DNA of 64,000 bases from Eledone cirrhosa (Eukaryota). The stretch is from assembly GCA_964016885.1 (NCBI GenBank), contig OZ024742.1, positions 286,192,001-286,256,000 on the forward strand. Direction: 5' to 3'. Made by a program: the position numbers and the translations under genes. Below are positions 39,495 to 53,434 of the stretch, piece by piece. Under the pieces are notes generated by a model. It did not search any database. It worked only from the letters and a program-made list of their open reading frames with translations, and was not told where the DNA came from. Positions within the stretch are counted from its first letter, which is position 1; each line of letters begins with the position of its first letter.

Positions 39495-40582
39495 GATTTG
39501 GCTGAATATTCCTAGTTTTCTGGATAAGGGGACCTACTAAGGTTTGGCTGAATATTCCTAGTTCTCTGGATAAGGGGACTTACTAAGGTTTGGCTGAATA
39601 TTCCTGGTCCTCTGGATAAGGGGACCTACTAAGGTTTGGATGAATATTCCTAGTTCTCTGGATAAGGGGACCTACTAAGGTTTGGCTGAATATTCCTAGT
39701 TCTCTGGATAAGGGGACCTACTAAGATTTGGCTGAATATTCCTGGTCCTCTGGATAAGGGGACCTACTAAGGTTTGGCTGAATATTCCTAGTTCTCTGGA
39801 TAAGGGGACCTACTAAGGTTTGGCTGAATATTCCTAGTTCTCTGGATAAGGGAACCTACTAAGGTTTGGCTGAATATTCCTAGTTCTCTGGATAAGGGGA
39901 TCTACTAAGGTTTGGCTGAATATTCCTGGTCCTCTGGATAAGGGGACCTACTAAGGTTTGGCTGAATATTCCTGGTCCTCTGGATAAGGGGACTTACTAA
40001 GGTTTGGCTGAATATTCCTGGTCCTCTGGATAAGGGGACCTACTAAGGTTTGGCTGAATATTCCTAGTTCTCTGGATAAGGGGACCTACTAAGGTTTGGC
40101 TGAATATTCCTGGTCCTCTGGATAAGGGGACCTACTAAGGTTTGGCTGAATATTCCTAGTTCTCTGGATAAGGGGACCTACTAAGGTTTGGCTGAATATT
40201 CCTAGTTCTCTGGATAAGGGAACCTACTAAGATTTGGCTGAATATTCCCAGTTCTCTGGATAAGGGGACCTACTAAGGTTTGGATGAATATTCCTAGTTC
40301 TCTGGATAAGGGGACCTACTAAGGTTTGGCTGAATATTCCTAGTTCTCTGGATAAGGGGACTTACTAAGGTTTGGCTGAATATTCCTGGTCCTCTGGATA
40401 AGGGGACCTACTAAGGTTTGGCTGAATATTACTGGTCCTCTGGATAAGGGGACCTACTAAAGTTTGGCTGAATATTCCTAGTTCTCTGGATAAGGGGACC
40501 TACTAAGGTTTGGCTGAATATTCCTGGTCCTCTGGATAAGGGATCATATCAAGGTTTGGTTAAATATCCCTAGTTTTCTGAA
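39495..40582. repeat. 46-bp tandem minisatellite, about 23 copies
   Basis: Unit GGTTTGGCTGAATATTCCTAGTTCTCTGGATAAGGGGACCTACTAA. Confidence 0.95.
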
Positions 40583-40609
40583 TAAGAAAGACATATCAAG
40601 GTTTGTGGG

Positions 40610-40942
40610 AGAAGGACGACGACGATGATGTGGAGGATGATGACGATGATGTGGAGGAGGAGGAGGAGGCAGGGAAGAATATTGGAGATGAGGAGGAGGA
40701 GGAGGTGTGGGAGGAGTACGATGGTGATTATGGTGATGACATCGATGATGATGATATTGATGATAATGATGAAGATGATAATAATTGTTTCTACGTTATG
40801 CACAAGGCCAGCAATTACCCAGTGTATTACTGGTACTTTATTTTATCGACCCCGTAAGGATGAAAGGCAAAGTTAACCTTGGCGATGAAGATGATAATAA
40901 TGATGGTGATAATGATGACAATGATGGTAATGATGATGATGG

Positions 40943-40973
<31 letters not shown>

Positions 40974-41060
40974 GATGACGACGACGACGACGACTATGAC
41001 TGTGACATTGATGATGATGACGACGATGATAATGATGATATGATGATAATGACGATGGAT
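40610..41060. repeat. (GAT)n/(GAG)n low-complexity tract with a SINE fragment at 40783-40884
   Basis: Direct inspection. Confidence 0.85.
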
Positions 41061-41368
41061 GTCCGTTATCGATATTTCTGTTATTGATGACATGCCATGC
41101 AAACACCTCTTTACTCTTACAATACCTTTAACTGTCTTATAAATATGAAATCAATATCCAATCGTGTGATCACAAGATCATCATGTATTCACTATTAACA
41201 AACTGTTAAAACATCCTTTTCTACAAGTCTCTTATAAACTAAAATCGATATGATTGATTTTTAAACTCTCAGTCTCTCAGAATGTGGGGCTTTGCGCCTA
41301 TCTTAGTATTTGAAAAAGAAATTAAATAAAATTGAATAAAATTAACATAAAAAAATATATCTCTACAC

Positions 41369-41765
41369 AAACTCAGACTCAGACTCAGAAGCTCCCGCGT
41401 CTTGCGACACATGAGGCAATCAGTGTTCCACCGCGTTCGGTCAGCAGCCAGTTGCACAGCGTCCCACCATTGTCTGTTTGTCGCTCGCAGGTCCCTCTCA
41501 ACTATCTGGCGCCAGTTCATTTTGGGTCGCCCTCTCCGTCTGCTTCCCTGTGGGTTCCATTTAAGTACTTGGTTCGCCAGTCTCTCCGGGGGAAGTCTCA
41601 AAGCGTGCCCAAACCAGCCCAGGCATCGCTTGCAGATGGAAAAAAAGACTAGCTGCTGGTTGGTGCGGTTCCTGTCTTCCTGGTTTGTTACATGGTCACT
41701 CCATTTAATCCCCAGGATCTTTCACAGACACCTGGAATCGAATGCGTCCAACTTCTTCTCTTGTA
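41369..41765 (-). pseudogene. RTE-clade LINE 3' end with (CTGAGT)n tail
   Basis: LDAFDSRCL..ILGIKWSDHVTN..WFGHALR..GSRRRGRPKMNWRQIVERDL..AADRTRW. Confidence 0.85.
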
Positions 41766-42425
41766 TACACAAACACATACACATATATACACATACTTAC
41801 ATATACACGTACATATACATACACATATATACACACACACACACATGCACAGATACATATACGCATACACACATACATACACACGCATACACACACATGC
41901 ACACATACATATACGCATACACACATAATACACACGCATACACACACATGCACACATATATATGTACACATACACAGACGCATGTACATATACTTATACA
42001 CATACACAGACGCATGTACATATACTTATACACATATACACATGCACACACATATACAGACACATACACACCCACACACATGCATACATACATATACGCA
42101 TACGCACATACACACATGCACACACATGCACACATATATATGTACACATACACAAACGCATGCATACATGCATATACACATGCACACAAATACAGACACA
42201 TGCACTCACATACATACACACATACATGCACAAATACATATACGCATACACACATACATATACACACATACACACACATACACACATATATATGTACACA
42301 TACACAGACGCATGTACACCTATATATACATATACGCTTGCACACACATATACAGACACATATACACTCACATACATACACACATACATACACACACATA
42401 CACTCACACATATATATATACACAC
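41765..42425. repeat. Degenerate CA/TA compound microsatellite
   Basis: Direct inspection. Confidence 0.9.
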
Positions 42426-42449
42426 GCAGATTTTATTATATATTGTCGT

Positions 42450-42880
42450 CAGTAGAGCGTCAGACACCATGCTTTGCGACATATAGTTACGTACTTTACG
42501 TTCTGAGTTCAAATCGTGCGATGATAGCTTTGTCTTTCATCCTTACAGAGTCGATAAATAAAGTACCAGTAACACATTTGAGTCGATTTAATTCCTCCCT
42601 CCTCTTTTCGCCAAAATATATTGTTGGTCTTGTGCTTAAATCATAAACCCTTATTATGGCTTCGAAAAAAGGAGTGGATTGGCAGAAATCGGTAGAGCGT
42701 CCGACAAAATGCTTTGTGATATTTTGTTATGACATTTTACATTCTGAGTTCAAATCCCGTCGAGGTTAGTTTTGCCTTTCATCCTTCTGGGATCAATAAC
42801 TAAAGTACCAGTAATACGCTGGGAGGGTAGATCGATTTCTCCAGCCCCCAGAATTACTGGCCTTGAGGCTAAATCAGAAA
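42450..42880 (+). mobile_element. Two tandem tRNA-derived SINEs
   Basis: Two GAGTTCAAATC B-boxes, each followed by the central domain. Confidence 0.8.
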
Positions 42881-43033
42881 CCATTGTTCAGTTTCAAAGG
42901 TTTCATGTGTTTTAAGTGTCTCACCAGCTTCAATTTCATGTTCCTGGAGGGGGAGGAGACAAAGAATTGTTGTTGTTTTTTGGTGTGTGTGTGTGTGTGG
43001 GGGGGGGGGGTATTGTGGTGTTTGTATGTAATG

Positions 43034-43090
<57 letters not shown>

Positions 43091-43143
43091 CTGTGTATAC
43101 ATCTATTTATGTATGTGTGTGTATATATATATATATATACAGT

Positions 43144-43193
43144 GAGCTGTACTGATGAAGGGTGATACCCAGAAACATTAGTGTCTGCAGTTC
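43144..43193 (+). ncRNA. Minimal type I hammerhead
   Basis: GAGCUGUA CUGAUGA aGGGU gau ACCCa GAAA CAU ua GUG UC UGCAGUUC; 8-bp stem I; downstream AATAAA. Confidence 0.75.
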
Positions 43194-43399
43194 TGTTCGC
43201 ATGCCAACACAAGAGCAAGAATAAAGTGTTCATTCTACTGACATGGTTATAAAATTGAGGCTTGTTTGCATAACTGCAAACGAATCGAATGTTATTATTA
43301 ATATTCGAAAAACTCAGATTACATTTATATATATATGAATATGAGAACAAACGTGCTGCGTGGTTGCAAATGGGTTACATATGAATAAAGTTAGTCCTT

Positions 43400-43470
<71 letters not shown>

Positions 43471-43936
43471 TTTTTTCAATAATTTTTTTATTTGTTTGAC
43501 CCGAATTACTTGGTCGTTTCTATGGCTGTGCAGATAATGGTTTAACCATCGTCTCAGTGTGTTTGGCCTTTTAACGTATGTTGTAGCTCTGGTTCGTTAG
43601 AATTTATTGAGCGCTTGCCACACATCTCGGAAGTTGTTTTTCGCTAATTTCCAATAGCCGAAATACGATTCTCGCTAATTTATATTTGTATATATATATA
43701 TATATACGTATATGTATATGCATATATATATAAACGTATATGTATATAAATATTATAAATGCATACACACACATATATAAGTACATATATATTATATATA
43801 AGTAGAAGTGGTATTTAATTTGTTGGAAGTCCGACAAATATAAATGTTTATAACTGATTTAGAGCACTCAACAGTTTACTGGAATAAATATTCAATGATA
43901 TTAAATAAATGGAAACTATATTTATAAAACCATATT

Positions 43937-44001
43937 TATTTTATTATATATATTTCAAGGGCAACCAAGACAACATTAGTACGCTTTCATCAGATAAAAT
44001 A
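43937..44001 (-). ncRNA. Type I hammerhead in a repeat shared with 46810-47040
   Basis: UAUUUUAU CUGAUGA AAG..CUU GAAA UAUAUA UA AUAAAAUA. Confidence 0.72.
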
Positions 44002-44620
44002 CAAAGTTTGTTTTATAAATAGAGACATACCCATGAAAATCATGCCTTATCGGTTGGAAATTCACTGGAAATTCACAAATATACATGCACACACACACAC
44101 ATATATATTATATATATATGTGTGTGTGTGCATGTATATTTGTATGTATGTATGCATGTATTCTAGAAATCGTATTTTATTGTGTATTTACAATAGTTTG
44201 CCACTAAATGCCCTCCCACAGGGTTCATGTAGTGCAATTGAGCGTTCTTTCAATGTCTAGTACGGATTATTTATATATTAATAATGGCGACCTATGTAGA
44301 TTACAGCTAATATATTTTAAGGTGTTGATCACTCATGTGTTGTCATTTTGTTTGTATTTTTCTGTATTTGCTTTAACGCTGTTCTTAACGTCGTGAAAAC
44401 TTTTACAGTGTTGTTGGAAGAGCAGCTGTTCGGTCATATTATTAGGTGATATGTGTATAGGGTGTGTTGAGGAGATCCTGTATTGGGAGGTGATGTGTGT
44501 GTTGTGTAAGTTGTGTAACTTAGAGGTGATATGTGTGTAATGTGTTGTGTAGGTTGCGTATTGGGGGCTGATGTGTGTTATAGTATTGACCAGTTCTATC
44601 CAATGGTGAATCACAAAACA

Positions 44621-44671
<51 letters not shown>

Positions 44672-44799
44672 TCACTGAGAGAAAAGAGTACTTAATACCG
44701 AAGTAGAGTTTAAATATTTATTTTATTAAGGCTAAATAGTGAGTCTTGTTACTCTCGAGTTTCAGCTGTTTATATTAGGGTCTGATGATCTTAATAAAA

Positions 44800-44864
<65 letters not shown>

Positions 44865-45204
44865 TTCTTTTTTGCATTTTTTTTTTTGCAAGATTTCGTA
44901 TCTGAAACGTGTGTTGATACAAATATTGTTATACTTTGGGAGGGTCATGCTGCCAATAAAAACACACACACACCTCTTGTTTTTCACTTCAATGTATTGT
45001 GAACTTCCAGTTGGATAGTTTAATAACCGGATGGTTAGTGTATGTTTGTGTGATGTATTTGTGTCTGTTCGTTAAATTAGCAGTTAATACATTTACTTAT
45101 ATTTGGTTAATTTGCTTATATTTGGTTAATTTACTCTGCATACAAAAATAATAATTAATATATATTTCTTTTGGATGTTGATACTTATTTGTTTACAATA
45201 TTGA

Positions 45205-45645
45205 AAAAAATGTCTTTATTCTAAAAATTCCTCTCATACCTACCATTTGAATTTAAGAGGCTTCAGTTTCCAGACAAGCTAAGTTTTGTTATTTCAATTA
45301 ACAAATCTCAGGATCAATCCCTCAAGGTAGTTGGACTTGATCTCTCTACTATATGTTTCTCCAACGGTCAACTCTATGTTAGTTGTTCACGAGTTGGAAG
45401 CAGCAACAATTTATTCATTTGGACACCAACAAAAAATTACACAATAAATATGTTTACCATGAGGTGCTTCAAGATTGACAGGTTTTCATTTCTTAAATTC
45501 TATTAGTATTACAATTTTGATATTTATTTTTATAAAATGTAGATATTTTGAAATAATTATGAGGAAAAAATATGTCTTCATATTTATTGTTTACTAATCT
45601 GAATAAGAACAGCAGTAACACAAGCAACGCCGAGTCATTCTGCTA
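45205..45645 (+). mobile_element. Helitron 3' fragment (PIF1-like helicase C-terminus and CTAG end)
   Basis: PFEFKRLQFP..SINKSQDQSL..GLDL..CFSNGQLYVSCSRVG; terminal CTAG followed by T. Confidence 0.8.
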
Positions 45646-46479
45646 GTTAGCAATAAAACAGTGTCTTCTTGCAATTGTATTTAGGTAGCGTTTCTCCTAA
45701 ATCTGTCAACACATTCAATAGAATCATAATCTATAAAGCTCAGTGTGTGGTCATGCTCCTTCGTTATAGAAATCTACGATATAGAATTTCTTCAATTGAA
45801 ATTTACAATTTAGTATTCGAAATAGCTTCGATTGCGTCTTGACGCAGATATTTTTTTCAATTTCACCCACAATTACGCAAAAAATAGATAAAACTCAATA
45901 TTTTACGATTTTTCTCTCTCATTTAAACTGCTGAACTCTTTCTACTACCATTCAAAATATATACAACTTCATACTCTCTGTTACTTTCTCTTTCCAAGCT
46001 TGATAGTGATACTGTCCGTTCACACCACTCACTACTGTCTTAAATTTAGAGAACACATATCCTCTATGAGGTTACTAAACCTGCTAGAAACAGCAGCTAA
46101 CTCTCCCCCATATCACACCCCTCCCTACTGTCTTAAATTTAGAAATCACATATCCTCTATGAGGTCACTAAACCTGATAGAAACAACAGCTAACTCTCCC
46201 TCATATCACAACCCTCCCTACACACAGACAACCATGCAGAACAACTCCATCGCAGCTCTGTTGTTCGGCTGGCATCGTCTACGCGCGTGTTGCGCAAGTA
46301 CTGTGAAACAATAAATTCCAACACTTTTTTGCACAGAGATAATATCCATAGGCGAAACTACAATTGTCACTGCTGGCGCAGCTCATGCTTCCAGGTCTGC
46401 AATTCATTCACCCAGTGCCTGGCAGACAAAAAAGTGCTGCCATAAAATGGGTGGTGCAACCTAACTTTGGTAACTTAAT

Positions 46480-46510
46480 GACCCCGAGCAACGCCGGGCT
46501 TTAATGCTAG
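46480..46510 (+). mobile_element. Helitron 3' terminus
   Basis: CCCG agcaacgc CGGG hairpin, then CTAG followed by T. Confidence 0.65.
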
Positions 46511-46900
46511 TATATTATATTCTTATTGATTTATATCGTTTACATGGTTTCTGTCATTAGAATGCGGCCGTGCTGCAGTACCGCCTTGAAGCTAAATTTA
46601 ACGATCATTTCGACATTTCGAATTTGGTAGTTTATACACACACACATATATATATATATAGGGGGTGGGTATGATGTAATAAACTGAAGAGATGTATACG
46701 TGATACCGTCTCTTTTCTTTATTATAATATAAATACATACACACATATATATATATATATATATATGCAGAGGTTATATTTAATTTGTTGGGATTCACCA
46801 AGCTTAAACATTTTTATAACTGATATAAAGCACTCAACAGTTTAGTGGAGTAAATATACAATATATTAATAAATGGAAACTATATTTATAAAACCATAAT

Positions 46901-46966
46901 TATTTTATTATATATATTTCAAGGGCGACCAAGGTAAATTATGGTGCGCTTTCATCAGATAAAATA
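46901..46966 (-). ncRNA. Type I hammerhead, intact core
   Basis: 8-bp stem I, CUGAUGA, AAGCGCACC..GGUCGCCCUU stem II, GAAA UAUAUA UA. Confidence 0.78.
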
Positions 46967-47076
46967 CAGATTTGTTTTATAAATAAATAAATATTGACAT
47001 ATCCGGAAAAAAGACAACCTGAACGGTTGAAATTCGCTGGATATCCAGCGAATTTCAACCGTTGAGGTTGTTTTTT

Positions 47077-47860
<784 letters not shown>

Positions 47861-47935
47861 GTGTGTGTGTATGTATATATATATATGTATATATATATAT
47901 ATGTATGTATGTATGTATGTATATATGTATATTAT

Positions 47936-48022
47936 ATTATGTCAGGTCACCAGGTGGTGCTACTGGTAACATGTATCCCAGTACAACCTGTGTCATGGTC
48001 GGGTCGTTGGCGACTAAACTGG
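47936..48022 (+). ncRNA. Candidate HDV-like ribozyme at the 5' boundary of a repeat
   Basis: P1 AUUAUG/CAUGGU, P2 CCAGU/ACUGG, P3 AC(A)/(U)GU with CC in the loop, GG, P4 UCG/CGA, CUAA. Confidence 0.55.
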
Positions 48023-48564
48023 CAACCCCACCAAGGTTTCTTGGTGAGGAGGGTGACTTTGGACATCCTGCGGGACTAAAAACAAAACCTGTCAAAGGGC
48101 AAAGGAGCTCTTAAGAGTCAATGGCCATCCAAAACCACCGGGAGAGATGACCCCTTAGCCTTTGTCAAGGCAGAATTCTAGGAGAAGGAAAACTCTGATA
48201 TAACACCTGCAACCCTGATGGTATCCAATGATGTTGACTTGTTCTTCTTTTTGGTAAATATCCTCTTGGTTAAGAGAGTGGGACTGGCTTTGTGCAATGC
48301 CTTTGCTCACTATAAAAGCTTCACGGCACAGGCATTGCTTTATATCTGGAGCTCTCTCTGCACTTGTCGACATATGGTACCATGGGCCCAGCACTATGTG
48401 TCAATAATTGTCACAAGTGTAGTGTTTGTACCAGAGTTTTCAAGTCGCTGGCTGGACTAAAGAGTCACACTCGTTCAGCACATCGGTAGGAGTTCTCCTA
48501 CATGGATATAAAGTAGTGGCCGTACTCGAAAAACGAGTTGGCAGCCGCCATATTATATATATAT

Positions 48565-49393
48565 AATCTTTTTCAAAATATCAATTCAAAACTTGATTAT
48601 TTCATTTTTGTGTAAAGCATTATTTTCAAATTAGAAATTCAAAGTTTAATTATTTATTTTTTAACATAATAAATACAAGAAAATATATTTCATACTTTGT
48701 CCTAATGAAGAACTTCAGGGTAAACAACGTTTCCTGTCTTTCTTTGATTGGCTAAAATGTAGAGATTTTTTGAAGTTACAGTCCTTGAAACAGCCACATA
48801 AAACATGCCATGACTGAAACATGGGTTTGTCAGATCTATACCAATAGTTTTGAAAGTTTGACCTTGACTTTTATTGATGCTCATGACAAAGCATGGTCTC
48901 CCTGGGAACTGCAGCCTCTTAAATGTAAAAGGCAACTCACTATCACTTGGTATAAGTGGAATCCTCGGAATGAGAAGAGCTTGGCCTTTGTAAGCCCCGA
49001 ATATAATGGTTGCTTCAATCAAGTTCTCATGCAATCTTGTTACAACACATCTTGTTCCATTTATTGGCCAAAATGTTCACTATAGGGGGTTTAACCCCCA
49101 TTAGGGTGTCTTAATATTATTGAAATTTGCTGAAAGTTTGTGAATAAGCATCATATTTTGTCATTTACCTATTGTTTAAATTTCATATAGATCGAAGAGA
49201 AAAAATTTCAGCGGGGTTTGTACCCCCGGGGAACCCTTTGATTAAAATGAAATATACTTATCCAAGTACCCTGGGCAATGTAATTTCAGAATATATATGG
49301 TTATGGGGGTCTATCTCCAAAACCATAGAAGCCGTTCGTGAACAAACAAACAAACAAATAAACAGACAGGAACTAAAACTTTATATATATAGA
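48565..49393 (-). mobile_element. Internally deleted Helitron with helicase C-terminus (48702-49060)
   Basis: 5' TCTATATATATAAA start; IPRIPLIPSDSELPFTFKRLQFP..SINKSQGQTF..CFSHGMFYVAVSR..NVVYPEVL. Confidence 0.85.
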
Positions 49394-49614
49394 TATATTC
49401 TAGAAAATGTAGTATGCCCAAGTAAAGAAAATAACTGCATTCACAGTAAGTTACTATAAAATAGCTTATAAAATAGGGTAAAGACACACACTCAAACACA
49501 CACACACACGCACGCGCGCACGTGTGTGTAAAAAGTAAATAGAAATAGCAAAGCAAACGACACAGCACAATAAAGAAATATATTAATTTACAGCTTGAAA
49601 TAATACGAAAATAA

Positions 49615-49651
49615 TTTTAACGTTTCGGAGGCTAGTTCTTCATCAGAACAT
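49615..49651 (-). ncRNA. Degenerate minimal hammerhead
   Basis: CUGAUGA AGAACUAGCCUCC GAAA CG UU; weak stems; related sequence at 30600-30650. Confidence 0.4.
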
Positions 49652-50715
49652 AGAATGAGAAATAAAAGAGGATATAAAAATATAAAGGGTGAGGAATGGA
49701 AAGAAACGAGAAAAGAAAACATATGTGTGTATTCAGCCAGCCATATATACAATGTGCTCCGCCATGTTAAATTTCATTCGCAAAACATTAGACGAACCGA
49801 AGCAACAGTTTATAAGACGTCACACAGTTGGAACCGAAACCGAAACGAAGTGTTTGAGAAGAGAACCCTCACTCCTTACCCTTCATCCCCACCACACTCC
49901 ACCTTCACGCCTCAACTTACACCATCAACCATCAACCCTCACCCCCTCAGTCTCACCCCTCACCCCCTCGTCTCACCACCCTCACCTCTCAGCCCCACTA
50001 CCCTCCACCTTCACGCCGCAACCCACACCATCAACCATCAACCCTCAGCCTCTCAGTCTCACCCCCTCAGCCAACCACCCTCCACCCTCAACGCTCAACC
50101 CTCAGCTCCTCAACTCTTACTGTTCATCCCCACTACCCTCCACTCATCATCCCTCAACTATCAGCCCCCACCCCCATGCCTGTACCAAATAAGTTCAATA
50201 TATAAATAGAATCTCCAGAAACGTACCGTTTGATTATTTTCTGATAATTAGAAACCTTATTGCTATCTAAAAGATTAATTGTTTAAATTTTACTCAATTT
50301 ATTTGAAAATCATTAGGGGATGATTGAGTTTTATAAAGTCGGTGCATGGAATGGTTAATTTATAACTAATTAATGAGAGAATTAAAATACTACTAATTAC
50401 AATTATTAAGTTATTATTCTTTTTACTGTAGGATTGGACTAATTAGCATTGTATGATGATAAATAATTTAATTAGTAAACCGACAGTTGTTCTAACGAAT
50501 GGTTACTAAGTTCTACCACTGTATTTGTAAAACTATCTCTATACCATCCCCACTTCACCTCCCTCATCCAATCACTCCACCTTCTCTCTTTCTCTCTCTA
50601 ACTTCTTTTTCTGACTTTGTCTCTCTCTCTCCCCCTCTCTCTCTCCCTCTCTCTCTCTGTTTCTCAATCATTCTACCTTCTCTCTTTCTCTCTCTTTCTC
50701 TCTCTAACTTCCCCT

Positions 50716-50746
<31 letters not shown>

Positions 50747-50767
50747 TTCTGTTTGTCTCTCGCTCTC

Positions 50768-50861
<94 letters not shown>

Positions 50862-50864
<3 letters not shown>

Positions 50865-51230
50865 AATGTAATGCGGAGTTACTGCAGGTTCACCCAGGTG
50901 AGCACTCGATGTTTAGGTTCACGTCAGTATCGAGGTGTAGAGCTTGACAGAGTGTAACATAATAATGCAAGGACGAATAGTTACTCCTTCGTTACGTTTA
51001 TTGGTTGGTGACGCGCATTTCGCTACTGATCAGCTCAAGGTTCGATCTGTATCGATCTAGCCCGACTCTGGAATCAACAGCTCGTCAGACCTCATTATTA
51101 CCACAGAGGTCCGACGAGCTGTTGATTCCAGACTCGGGCTAGATCGATACAGATCGAACTTTGAGCTGATCAGTAGCGAAACGCGCCTCACCAACTAATA
51201 AACGTACTGAAGGAGTAACTATTCGTCCTT
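50862..51230. mobile_element. Short element with fold-back (50969-51230)
   Basis: ~125-bp inverted arms. Confidence 0.9.
51007..51091 (-). ncRNA. Type I hammerhead with long stem II
   Basis: GGU CUGACGA GCUGUUGAU..AUCAGUAGC GAAA UGCGCG UC ACC. Confidence 0.75.
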
Positions 51231-51231
51231 A

Positions 51232-51316
<85 letters not shown>

Positions 51317-51890
51317 GGCGACCTACGTAGTAAATCGTATCATCGTGAGCTCCGCAAAGGTTTGTTATTTCCGTTTGTTAAAAATTGCCATTTATGGAAA
51401 ATTTTTATTGTTAACCATATATAAGCGCACATACATTGTTTTCCGAAAAGGACACCCAAAGAGATTGGGGCCTTGTGCCCAAAATTTAAACTTTTATTAT
51501 TATCAAAAAATTTCTTTGAAAAAAGATGGCTAATTCACCTCTGCACCAAGCAGCTGAAAGCCTTCCTCACAAATTAACACCTCACACCGTCACCACCATT
51601 GTAAATGTTACTACGTTTGCCAACACTACAAAAAATATAAGCAGTAGCAATATTTTAAATTTGTCTCAGGCAGACATTCATTTCCCGCCATTACCAATGA
51701 CTGCAGGTGTTAAAGCCTCCACCACCACCACCGCGACAACAGAAACAAAAGAAGAAAAAATATTAACACAAATAACGATAGCAACAACAACAACAATGAC
51801 ATTATAAAAACCACCCTCAGTTTTGCCAGAGTAGCAAAACAGTTCGAAGCATTTACGGTAACTCAGGAGGATTTAGAAAATGCCAAACAA

Positions 51891-52820
51891 ATGGTAAAGA
51901 AAGATGGGTACAGGGTCAGCCCCCCCCCCCCCACCCACCCACCTAATAAAATGGAGCATCGGCGCCTATGCACCGTGTCGTATCGAACAATAAATGTAAA
52001 ATCGCGCCGAGTGGAACGGGCATCGGAGTCCCAAATCCAAAAAGCTTTGGGACATGTGTGGGCAAGAAAAACCCACATCAGACGTGGGCAGAAGTATGGA
52101 ACCGTGGACGTGTTCTTTGAAACACCAGAGGAGGCTAGAGAACACTCCATGGCCCCATTAAGAAGTGACGACTTCACACTCGTCCCAAGCTATTGTGGCC
52201 AGAGACTCGTAAAGATCAGGGTGACCCACGTTCCACCGGCCATCGAAATTCCCTGGCTAATAGCGGCCGTCCTCGCCGGCATCGAAGCCAACACAAAAAT
52301 AATAGCAATAGCAAAAGAAAAGCAGGAGAACTGGTCCGGATCTGCGATGGAGCTCCTGATCCAAGCGGACCAAAAAAGCATTGAGCAGATCCCAGAGGTA
52401 ATAGACCTCACTGACGGCAAACACCTCACGGTAATTGTCGAGGGCAGAAGACCTAGGTGTGTCGTTTGTGGTGAAGGAACCCACCTAAGGGCTTTCTGCC
52501 CTCAGGCTAAAAAGTTGAGGCCACCTCTCTTACCCACCCCAGTGACACAACCATCAACACCACCAGTAGCAGAGATGGCAGCAACAACTGTAGCAGCAAC
52601 AACAGAAGCAACTATAACAGCAACAACCCCAGCAACAGTAGCAAAACCAACACCAACACCACCACCAGCAAAACCAACACCACCACCACCACCCAACGGT
52701 TCAGAACTAGCACCAGCGCCTACACCATCGACCACGCCACAACCAAAACTAACGCCTGTGGAGGATTTTCTACTCCCCGGCCTATCACAACTGGAGACAG
52801 ATTGTGACGACGAGGAGTAG
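51891..52820 (+). CDS. LINE ORF1 nucleic-acid-binding protein, probably continued after a frameshift by 52804-53400
   Basis: CX2CX4HX4C knuckle CVVCGEGTHLRAFC followed by a P/T-rich linker. Confidence 0.8.
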   Translation: MVKKDGYRVSPPPPTHPPNKMEHRRLCTVSYRTINVKSRRVERASESQIQKALGHVWARKTHIRRGQKYGTVDVFFETPEEAREHSMAPLRSDDFTLVPSYCGQRLVKIRVTHVPPAIEIPWLIAAVLAGIEANTKIIAIAKEKQENWSGSAMELLIQADQKSIEQIPEVIDLTDGKHLTVIVEGRRPRCVVCGEGTHLRAFCPQAKKLRPPLLPTPVTQPSTPPVAEMAATTVAATTEATITATTPATVAKPTPTPPPAKPTPPPPPNGSELAPAPTPSTTPQPKLTPVEDFLLPGLSQLETDCDDEE

Positions 52821-53434
52821 GAAACGATATCCGGAAAAAAAAAGAAACCAAAAAAGAAAAAATTCTCTTCCTTCCCCCTCCAAAAACAAAATACAGAGGG
52901 AAACAAATAAATTAAGAAACAAAAAAGTTAGGACAGATATGCCACCATCCACACCAGCATCACCAACCCCATCAACCCAAACACCAACACCATCACCATC
53001 ATTAACCCCAACACCACCATCACCTACACCACAAAAGTCACCAAAATGCGAAACAGAAACAAACCCACAACAAACGCAAACAAAACAAAACAACCAAAAC
53101 GATACACACTACACAGCATTAAATTTGAACAACAAGCAATTATTACACTACATCCAACACAACACCAGCATCACAGAAAAAGACTACACAACAACCCCAA
53201 AATTCACACCACCTCCACACATACAAATCCCTCGCATCACACAGAAAACGTACATGACACTAAAAAAGAAATTCCCCAAAGACATCGGAGACTTCCGACA
53301 AGCACTCTCCAGGAGGATTTATAAGGACATCCTTCCTGAGGAGGCCACAAGCAGTGAAAAGGATGGAAAAACCGTCCTTCCCCTACGAGAAGTAAGGTAA
53401 GTGGTCTTTCCCATCTTTTCCACTCCTTTTCAAC

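Noticed and set aside
39495-40582. CRISPR-like array
   Set aside because: Units are contiguous 46-bp repeats without unique spacers, there are no cas genes, and the context is eukaryotic
40603-41087. Acidic D/E-rich protein ORFs
   Set aside because: (GAT)n/(GAG)n low complexity interrupted by a SINE fragment
41402-42646. 414-aa plus-strand ORF
   Set aside because: Antisense RTE fragment joined to a CA/TA tract and a SINE
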